64,000 bases of DNA. Origin: a virus. The translations under genes were made by a program, and so were the position numbers. The stretch covers positions 1-64,000 of IMG/VR virus record IMGVR_UViG_3300025519_000001; one strand, given 5' to 3'. Positions 56,236-64,000 of the stretch are shown one piece after another. How positions within the stretch are numbered: position 1 is the first letter of the stretch; every line of letters starts with the position of its first letter. Under the pieces are notes generated by a model. It was given only the letters and a program-made list of their open reading frames with translations. It ran no database searches and was not told where the DNA came from.

Positions 56236-57514
56236 TTTTATGAGAAAAGAGGAACATTAAATGAAAAAATACGCTGATTGGTATTATGTTCGTGAAGCAG
56301 AAAAAGAAGGTCGAGTAGCATCCATGACTAATGTTGTAGAGCGTAACAGAACGGAATTAAATGATCAACTGAGTTCTTACTTTAGAAGTAAGATACCTAA
56401 TTATAAATCTATTTTCGACGAACATGAATGCGATGATATTCTTTTTAATTTAAATGATTACATAGAAGAAAACAATATTGATAAACGAGAAATTGATTTT
56501 CCTATTACTGAGGGGACTGATATTCACTTATTAAAAATCACTGACAACCTTCATTTAAAGATTCTTGTGGTTGATGAATACTATGGAGGGGGAGATTATG
56601 AAAAATATATTGAGATTGGATATTTTGTGATTAACGAAAATACGACAGAGCGAGATGTTGATAAACTAGTTGATTTTGTGAAGCAATATTTGCAATAAAA
56701 GAGAAGTTTCATGAGGAGGCAAAAGAGAAATAAATGTTGATAATTGAATGTAATGGAGAATATGCTTTCGGAGGCAGAACTGAAGATATATTCGTAGTTG
56801 AAAATCATAATAGTATTGACGATCTACAACAATATATTCAGAACAAACAGCCAATAAAATGCAAAGAACCAACAAAGTATGTAAAGAGGTTTATTATCGA
56901 AAAAGAATCATTAAGGGATAGGTTAGTATATTTAAATAATTATTTGAAAATAAAAAAAGCGGATTTTGTTATTATGACACAAGAAGAGATTGATAGTCTT
57001 TATCGGCGTTCATGTTACAAATGCGCTAGTCATAACGGCTCCCTTTCTGATTTTCTTAGATGCTGTTATATTCCAGATGGTGAAGGGGGATGCGCTCGAC
57101 AATGGGAACATTTTTCATGGTTTAAGAATTTATTTAGAAAGAAAGGCCAATAAGAATAAAGAAATTTGAAGTAAAATTTTTATTAGTTAAGGAAATAAGG
57201 GTATGAAACATATCTTTCATTAGCGATTGGTGATTAATCGTGACTAAAAAAGATAAAGATATTTTGTTGTTTGGTTTGTTTTTGGCTCAACTTAAAGATA
57301 AATATGACATTAGGCCGACTGATTTAATTCAAGATTATAATCAAGAAAAAATTAATGAGATATTTGACAAGGCTCTCTCAAAACTATCAACAAAGGAATC
57401 GTTAATTAAAGCAGTCACAGATTTGTACTATGATTTAAAAATAAAATAGTAAAAGTATTGACTTTTTAAATGTGATTTTGATATTATGTCTATGCAACAG
57501 AAAGGAGTGGTTAC

Positions 57515-59200
57515 TTGCAGAGAAAGTGGAAACAAAAGAAACCTAAATTATCCTACAGTGACAACGCAAGCATTATTGAAAAGTTAGCAGCTATCAATGG
57601 AATTAAAGAAATTGGACGATTTATTAATCCTACTAGGGACGAACTTCATGATCCATATTTACTTAAGAATATCGAAGAAGCAGCTAATCGAATTATCAAG
57701 GCCGTCAAGACTGGCGAAAATATTGCAATACATGCAGACATTGACGCAGATGGCGTTTGTAGTGCAGCAGTTATGTACCGTTTTTTAAAAAAGTTTACGG
57801 ATAATATTACATACTTCCACGCACAGCGTTCGCGTGGTCATGGTATTCATCAGTCAATCAGTGATATTCCATATGGAACAGACTTACTTATAATTCTTGA
57901 TAGTTCATCTAATGAAGAAGAATCATGCAAGAAAATATTTGAACGTGGAATTGATATTGTAATTCTTGACCATCATGAGATCGAAAATAAAAATGAATAT
58001 TGTATTTTAGTAAATCCACAACAAGAAGGATGCCAATATCCAAACAAACAAGCTTCCGGTGTACTTATCACATGGAAAGTATGTCAAGTAATTGAAGATA
58101 CACTTGGAGGAAATTTCACTGATTCTTTAATTGATCTTGTTGGCCTTGGTCTTTATAGCGATCAAATGAGCATGTTAGAGTATGAAAATCGCTATATTCT
58201 AAAACACACAATCGAAAACATCAACAACAAGGGTATTAAAGCAATTTTAAATCTTTTACGCAAAGACATTGGAAAACTTAATGCAAATGATTTTGGATAC
58301 TCAGTAATGCCATTTGTTAATGCAGCTACAAGGCTTGATAAAATTGAATACGTTCTTGATTTGTTGATTAGCGACGATGATTCTTTAATTGAACAACGAG
58401 TTAAAGAAATAAAAAAGTTAAACGAACAAAGAAAACAAAAGCAAAAAGAAACAATTGAAACTATCGTTGAATACATAGACGAGAACGACAAATGTATCGT
58501 GCTAGTGGAACCAGAACTCGGCAAGGGCTTCAACGGCCTTGTTGCTGGAGATATTGCTAATGCATATCAACGACCAACTATCATATTAGGAAATGCACTA
58601 AAAGAAAAAGACGAATATCATGGAAGTTTCCGTTCAGTTGGATTTTTTAAATTCCTTGATTTTGTTCGTGAAATTCCAGAAGTGATTTTTGCGGGAGGCC
58701 ACCAATACGCGGGTGGTTTAGGAATCAAGAAAGTTAATTTAGAAAAATTTAAACAAGAATTAAATGAAAGATTAAAAGATGTTGACTTTGAAAATGTAGT
58801 AAGCTATGAGCTTAATTTACATCATCAAGAAATTGATGAGCCTTTTATTGAATTAATCAATAGTTTTTATAAAGTTACGGGAAAAGGTTTTAGTGAGGGT
58901 AAATTTCTTATCGAAGATATGTATGTATTAACCAAAGATATAATTGGTTCTGGTGATACATTAAAACTAGGTTTATGTCCTGTTTCAAACACATGGTTTG
59001 ATGATATTGAAAACATTAAGCCAACACTAATAGGAATGAAATTTAGAGCAGATCAAGAAACAATAAATAAAATAAAGACGGGAGATGTAATTGATTTAAT
59101 TGGTTCATTAAATATCAATGAATTTGTTAGATGGAGGCCACAAAAAGAAATTATAAAAACATTACAAGTATTCATTGAAGATTTTAGGCATTCAAAATAA
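57515..59200 (+). CDS. recJ: RecJ-like ssDNA exonuclease (DHH, YorK-like)
   Basis: DIDADG, ILDHH, NAATRL, GSFRS, GGHQYAGG; promoter TTGACT at 57458. Confidence 0.93.
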   Translation: MQRKWKQKKPKLSYSDNASIIEKLAAINGIKEIGRFINPTRDELHDPYLLKNIEEAANRIIKAVKTGENIAIHADIDADGVCSAAVMYRFLKKFTDNITYFHAQRSRGHGIHQSISDIPYGTDLLIILDSSSNEEESCKKIFERGIDIVILDHHEIENKNEYCILVNPQQEGCQYPNKQASGVLITWKVCQVIEDTLGGNFTDSLIDLVGLGLYSDQMSMLEYENRYILKHTIENINNKGIKAILNLLRKDIGKLNANDFGYSVMPFVNAATRLDKIEYVLDLLISDDDSLIEQRVKEIKKLNEQRKQKQKETIETIVEYIDENDKCIVLVEPELGKGFNGLVAGDIANAYQRPTIILGNALKEKDEYHGSFRSVGFFKFLDFVREIPEVIFAGGHQYAGGLGIKKVNLEKFKQELNERLKDVDFENVVSYELNLHHQEIDEPFIELINSFYKVTGKGFSEGKFLIEDMYVLTKDIIGSGDTLKLGLCPVSNTWFDDIENIKPTLIGMKFRADQETINKIKTGDVIDLIGSLNINEFVRWRPQKEIIKTLQVFIEDFRHSK

Positions 59201-59772
59201 AACTTTAAAGGGGATAATACATATGCTATTTTACGCAACTGGAACTGACGAAAAAGGTGCTCATTATATTATCTATCATAACGAAATTTTTAAAGATCGT
59301 TTTACTGCTGTTCAACAAGCAGAACGAATTGCAAAGGTAAAAGGTTTAACGCTTGAAGGTGTACGAGTTGTAGGAGAAAGTAAAGTTGAAGGTCGCACAA
59401 TGACCAAATTTTTCAAACATAGAAAACAACACAATGGAATTAATCCAAATGAGTATTTTAGTGTACTTTGAGGTTCATTAAAACTGAATCCGCTAGTCTG
59501 GTCGGCTGGCGGATTCACCATAGGAGGAAAATGTATTGAACGAATTATTTTCGGTTTTAGAATGGACGCAAGAGAATGATTCGGAAGCCAATATTATTGC
59601 TAGGCATTTAACCAAATCTCAGGAAGATATTTTTGTTTCAATTGCACCGGAACATCTGCACAGGGAAGTTATTAGTATGAATGAACTTAACAAATTGCAA
59701 GGTGTTCAACAATAAAAAATCTATCTTTCATAGAGGAGAAATGAAGATGAGCGAGGTAACTGTAACTATTAC

Positions 59773-61088
59773 AAATCCACCACAAGAAAGCCCCTGTCTT
59801 TAGGCATGGGGATGAATTGTGGTAGGATAAGTTGGTAAAAACTTGATTTTCATAACTAAAATATGATATATTTATTATAAGAAAAAAGAACGGAGGTGAC
59901 ATTTGTGCAATCCATCACTGTAAAAATCAGATTTTTTCCTGATAACCCAAAGGTCATTAAAGAAGCATCACAAGAATATATCAATATTGTCAATAAATTA
60001 TCTCAACAAGCAGTAGAAAATAAAACTTTCCCTAAAATCACAACAAAAGATATTTCAACTTTTCTTCCATCTGCTGTTTGCAATCAAGCGATCAGAGACG
60101 CAAAATCTGTATATACCAAGTATAAAAAAACCAAAAAATTATCTGTTCTTAAGAAGCCAGTATATTATATTAATAATCAAAATTATACCATTCTTGATAA
60201 TGCAATTGCCTTTCCTATATCTATTAACGGAAAAACGAAAAAGACATATTTTAAAGCCATTGCAACAGATAGAGATATAGAATTAATCAAAAAATCCAAA
60301 CTTGGTCTTATGCGTATTGTAGAGAAATCAGGTAAATGGTATGCTCAAGTGTCCATTCAAATTCCAGAAGAAAAATTTAGTGGCGAAAATATCATGGGCA
60401 TTGATCTTGGCTTAAAAGTTCCTGCTGTTGCTGTAACATCAACAGGCAAGACAAGATTTTTTGGTAATGGTAGGCAAATGAAATATGTCAGGCGCAAATA
60501 TCAGTCTCGCAGAAGAAAATTGGGTAAACTTAAAAAACTTTCGGCCATCAAAAAATTAGGCGATAAAGAAAGCAGATGGATAAAAGACCAAAATCATAAA
60601 ATCAGTAGACAGATTGTGAATTATGCTATACAAGAAAATGCAAGTATGATAAAACTAGAAAAATTAGAAAATATTCGCAAGACGACAAGAACAAGTCGTA
60701 AAAACGCAAGGAATCTGCACAACTGGTCATTCTATCAACTGCAACAGTTTATCACATATAAGGCTAACTTGGCAGGAATTAAAGTTATAGAAGTTAATCC
60801 TGCATATACAAGTCAAACATGTCCTCGTTGTGGTAAACGAAATAAAGCAGATGATAGACGATATGAATGCTCATGTGGATTCAAGACACATAGAGATCGG
60901 GTTGGTGCAATAAACATCATGAACCAACCTGTGGCAGATGGTAACAGTCTGCCAGCCTAAGAACCTATATGGTCTGTCTTAGGATGGGCTGATGGCACAG
61001 CCCTTAACTTGGAGATTGCACGAAGTAGAAATGCATGAGTGCGCGAATCATCCAAGAATCCCTCGGATTTATCCGTGGGGAGTGTCAA
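59773..61088 (+). mobile_element. IS200/IS605-family element, TnpB only; inserted after TTAC, ends in TCAA
   Basis: Left hairpin CCCCTGTCTTTAGGCATGGGG, right hairpin CCCTCGGATTTATCCGTGGG then GAGTGTCAA; reading frame restored on excision. Confidence 0.9.
59896..60960 (+). CDS. tnpB: TnpB, catalytic D-E-D and zinc finger intact
   Basis: GIDLG, IKLEKL, YTSQTCPRCG, CSCG, HRDRVGAINI. Confidence 0.95.
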   Translation: MTFVQSITVKIRFFPDNPKVIKEASQEYINIVNKLSQQAVENKTFPKITTKDISTFLPSAVCNQAIRDAKSVYTKYKKTKKLSVLKKPVYYINNQNYTILDNAIAFPISINGKTKKTYFKAIATDRDIELIKKSKLGLMRIVEKSGKWYAQVSIQIPEEKFSGENIMGIDLGLKVPAVAVTSTGKTRFFGNGRQMKYVRRKYQSRRRKLGKLKKLSAIKKLGDKESRWIKDQNHKISRQIVNYAIQENASMIKLEKLENIRKTTRTSRKNARNLHNWSFYQLQQFITYKANLAGIKVIEVNPAYTSQTCPRCGKRNKADDRRYECSCGFKTHRDRVGAINIMNQPVADGNSLPA

Positions 61089-62137
61089 CAAATCTGAGTA
61101 TGAAAGTCTGTTGCGTGACAGCATAAAATTAAGTTGTCTAGAAGCATGTGGTGTTGATAATTGGGAGGGTTGGGATGATGCAATGAAGATGTATCATGAA
61201 GAAATGGAAGGGGAAAATGCTAAAGAAAGAGAACTATCTATAAGTGGGAGAGGGCCAACACAAGAAGCATTTTCTCGGATTGAGTGATAATGTTAGTTAT
61301 TTTGTAGAGCAAACAGACGCGACTTACGGCGTCCCCTATCATTATCGAGTGCTTTTTCGTCCTGAAACCATTGTTCCTGATATTGATTTGCAAACATCTA
61401 TTGAAAAATAAAAATTTCATAGGGAGAGATTTATAAATGAAGATTAAATTTGAAGAAGATATCAAAAAAAAGAAGGTTGAGATTGGAGATCTTATTCTGG
61501 ATAATGGAGATTTATATTTGATTGTTCATGGTCTTAATGAAGAGTATCCATTTGAAATTGTTGAACTTGATAAATGTACTGTTGTAGAAGCATATTCCTC
61601 AGAAGAAGATTTGATAGATTTTTTTGAAAATCCTATAGTGTATAAGCATGATAAAGTCGAATTAGTTATTAAAAATTGCTAATGGAAGAATAATTTTTTG
61701 AAAAAATGATGATGAATAAAGGAATGTTTAAATGATTATTGTTGCTTGGATACTAATGATTGTTTTTGGTTGGTTTGCTTTACTTGGTTGGATTAAATAT
61801 TGGTTTGGATCGGTAAAGCTAAGTCAATTAATTCTTATTATGTTTTGGTCTGTTATTGCTGCATTATGTGCTGGCGTAATCTTTGGTGGATTATTTAGCA
61901 ATTATATTAATTAATGATGAAGTCGGATTTCATGAGGATGAATAAAATATATCAATACCATATATTTTTAATTTTGTAGTTGATGATCAGAAGGGATACG
62001 CTGAAAAAAGAGATAGTAGAAATTATTTTGTCTATTGGGATAACGAAGATGTCCCTGATATTTACGACACTAAAGATGTTCAAAGACTTCTAAATAATAG
62101 TATATGGATTTTACAAGAGCATTTTTATGAAAAGGGT

Positions 62138-62650
62138 GTGATTAATAACTTGACAAAAAGAAAAAATGGAATGGGTAGTCATGAATCAGCACGTATGAAA
62201 ACTGATGAGTGGTTGACTCCTCCTGAGATTTTAAAGGAATTAGGTGAATTTGATTTAGATCCATGTTCACCAATACATAGACCTTGGGATACGGCAAAAG
62301 TACACTACACTATTGAGGATGACGGTTTGTCAAAGGAATGGTTTGGTAGAGTGTGGCTTAATCCACCATATGGTAATATGGTAGCAAAATGGCTAGATAA
62401 ATTAGCTATACACGGAAATGGTATTGCGCTTATTTTTGCAAGAACAGAGACAAAGATGTTCTTCGATCATGTATGGGATAAAGCAAATGCATTGTTATTT
62501 TTTAGAGGAAGGCTTTTCTTTCATCATGTGACAGGAGAAAAAGCAAATCAAAACGCTGGCGCTCCGTCTGTTCTTATTGCTTATGGTGAAGAAAATATGA
62601 AGACTCTAGAAAGTGTTTCTGATTGGGGTAAGTTAATTAAATTAAAGTGA
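62138..62650 (+). CDS. Phage N6-adenine DNA methyltransferase (short Dam-family type)
   Basis: DEWLTPP, FDLDPC, DDGL, VWLNPPY, LIFARTET. Confidence 0.9.
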   Translation: MINNLTKRKNGMGSHESARMKTDEWLTPPEILKELGEFDLDPCSPIHRPWDTAKVHYTIEDDGLSKEWFGRVWLNPPYGNMVAKWLDKLAIHGNGIALIFARTETKMFFDHVWDKANALLFFRGRLFFHHVTGEKANQNAGAPSVLIAYGEENMKTLESVSDWGKLIKLK

Positions 62651-63295
62651 AAGTTTCATTTGATTTGAAAACAAAAAAAAGGAGATACATATGAAAATCA
62701 ACAAATTTGGAGCATGGCCTAAAACTGAAGAAGAATTAATTTTTTATCTGCATGAACAAGAGAATAAACATCATGATTATAATTCGATTGCCGAAGCTTT
62801 GACAAATGTTACTGTAGCGATGTTTAACTATTTTGCTTGCAAACATGGTATGACAGGTTTTCAATGCAGTTGGTCTGGAATGCAATTTCTAAGACAAACA
62901 CGAGGGATGGAAGGGCCATTTGGGATTGTTGATGGATCTAAAATGCTCTATCCACAATATGATATTGTTGCCGAAGTTAAAAAATGGTTAGAAGAATGGA
63001 AGCCAGAACTAGGTCGAATGGCAAAAGAAAAACTCAAACAAGAACGCAATGAAAGTTTTCTTCCACATCCAGATGTAATTGCTCGTTGGAAGGAACTTGC
63101 TAAATATGTTGAATAATTATGATAAAAGAAGAATTATAAAGGAAGTGAAAAAATGAAAACAGTTGATGTAACTTTAGTCGTTAAAGATGGTGGGTACGAA
63201 CAAGTTAGAATTCCTTCTACAATGCTTGGAGACTTGGCTTATGCAATTCAAGAAAAAGGTTCTGAAGTAGTACAGCTTGCAAGCAAAAAATTTAA

Positions 63296-63360
63296 CCTAC
63301 TGCGACCAGAATTCCCCCGCCTCTATAGGCGGCGGGATGAATGGATGCTAAAATATCTTC
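63296..63360 (+). mobile_element. Orphan IS605-family left end interrupting ORF 63153
   Basis: TTTAA then CCCCCGCCTCTATAGGCGGCGGGATGAATG, the same layout as the left end at 30885; no tnpB or right end follows. Confidence 0.6.
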
Positions 63361-63503
63361 TCCAAAAATTGACTTTTCACTAACTATAATGATATACTAT
63401 TCTATTTGGATATATGCCAAACAAATTTGTCTTAGGATGTTCCTTGTTAATTTGTGCCATTTCCTTTTTTGGTTCTGCAATTAGAAATGACGAAGGAAAA
63501 TGA

Positions 63504-63902
63504 ATGGGGGAATATGTATTGGTAAAAGATGTAGATAAAGATGTTAAAGATGCAAAAATTATCGATGTAGAATTTGTAGCAAGTCTTTGTCATGAAGTAA
63601 ATCGCGCTTATTGCCAAAGCCTCGGTGATCATTCTCAACCTTCTTGGGACGAAGCACCGGATTGGCAAAAACAAAGTGCAATTAATGGGGTAAAGTTTCA
63701 TTTTGAGAATGAAACAACTCCAGAAGAAAGTCATGTTAATTGGATGAAAGAAAAAATTGCTGACGGATGGGTTTATGGAGAAGTTAAAGATCCCGAAAAG
63801 AAAACTCATCCATGTTTAGTAGAGTACAATCAATTGCCACAGGAGCAACGTAGTAAAGACTATATTTTTAAAGCTATTTGTGATTTTTATAAGTATAGAT
63901 AA
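63504..63902 (+). CDS. RyR (ryanodine receptor repeat) domain protein
   Basis: CHEVNRAYC...SHVNWMKEKIADGWVYGEVKDPEKKTHPCLVEYNQLP. Confidence 0.9.
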   Translation: MGEYVLVKDVDKDVKDAKIIDVEFVASLCHEVNRAYCQSLGDHSQPSWDEAPDWQKQSAINGVKFHFENETTPEESHVNWMKEKIADGWVYGEVKDPEKKTHPCLVEYNQLPQEQRSKDYIFKAICDFYKYR

Positions 63903-64000
63903 ATATGAAAATATAATTTTATCATCTGTGAGAGAGGAGAAAGATTATTCTACAATTTCTTTTTTGGTTTGGAGTTTATTTGTTAATCGGATATATTTGG

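Larger units (their letters stand above)
59747..61287 (+). pseudogene. Small phage gene interrupted by an IS605-family element
   Basis: Excision of 59773-61088 gives MSEVTVTITKSEYESLLRDSIKLSCLEACGVDNWEGWDDA... Confidence 0.85.
2452..63922. repeat. Dispersed 18-bp gene-junction palindrome ATRAAA-N6-TTTYAT
   Basis: Exact copies start at 6800, 9349, 9649, 11692, 12490, 14702, 17017, 17355, 17830, 25101, 25307, 25536, 25808, 27000, 29957, 30465, 30683, 32426, 36013, 38193, 40223, 41813, 45114, 49364, 49572, 50673, 55242, 56224, 56695, 57203, 63905; near-copies e.g. 2452, 6564, 7261, 8865, 12196, 19241, 24596, 27668, 27911, 29719, 43581, 43917, 46697, 46946. Confidence 0.92.
1..64000 (+). mobile_element. 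Segment of a large SPbeta-like temperate phage/prophage (early, lysogeny-control and replication region)
   Basis: YopQ/MrpR-like pair; YorF/G/H/I/J/K-like replication genes in SPbeta order; YopX genes, Gp157, orphan MTases and tRNAs; dense co-oriented small ORFs with Firmicutes-type RBSs and sigma-A promoters. Confidence 0.85.

Noticed and set aside
61260-61411. Intact gene after TnpB element 2
   Set aside because: Only a C-terminal fragment (KHFLGLSDNVSYFVEQ...) of a phage protein family is readable, with no start; treated as a remnant
212-63809. Most minus-strand and alternate-frame ORFs in the track
   Set aside because: They overlap RBS-supported plus-strand genes and look like shadow ORFs; only rsfA and 23118-23396 were accepted on the minus strand
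6800-63922. Junction palindromes as intrinsic terminators
   Set aside because: The 6-bp AU-rich stems are too weak, there is no consistent U tract, and they abut the RBSs of apparently co-transcribed genes

Overview
This window looks like a 64-kb, almost entirely plus-strand, AT-rich segment of a large SPbeta-like temperate phage or prophage of a Bacillales host (possibly Paenibacillaceae). It covers the early/accessory and replication region; no structural or lysis genes are visible. Recognisable parts are: (1) an anti-defence-like first region (tandem Csx16-like protein, ArdA, DUF262 protein); (2) a four-tRNA operon for AT-rich codons, including a rare tRNA-Ile(UAU); (3) a promoter-driven type I-C CRISPR-repeat mini-unit with no cas genes; (4) RsfA and an orphan MazF either side of a LexA box; (5) the YopQ/MrpR lysogeny pair; (6) SSB, AAA ATPase, helicase, primase and RecJ (YorF-YorK-like); (7) three orphan DNA methyltransferases; (8) two TnpB-only IS200/IS605 insertions plus small remnants; (9) more than 100 small hypothetical genes. 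Two sequence-level patterns are not explained by these genes. First, an 18-bp palindrome, ATRAAA-N6-TTTYAT (31 exact copies counted by eye plus about 15-20 near-copies), sits almost only at stop-codon/RBS junctions of small accessory genes, giving an integron-like cassette layout. Second, the strand-polar heptamer ATAACAG occurs about 44 times in the first 13.5 kb and about twice afterwards, often in hairpin loops, and the enrichment ends at an 11-bp-phased repeat array. All family assignments come from motif recognition by eye and all counts are manual.
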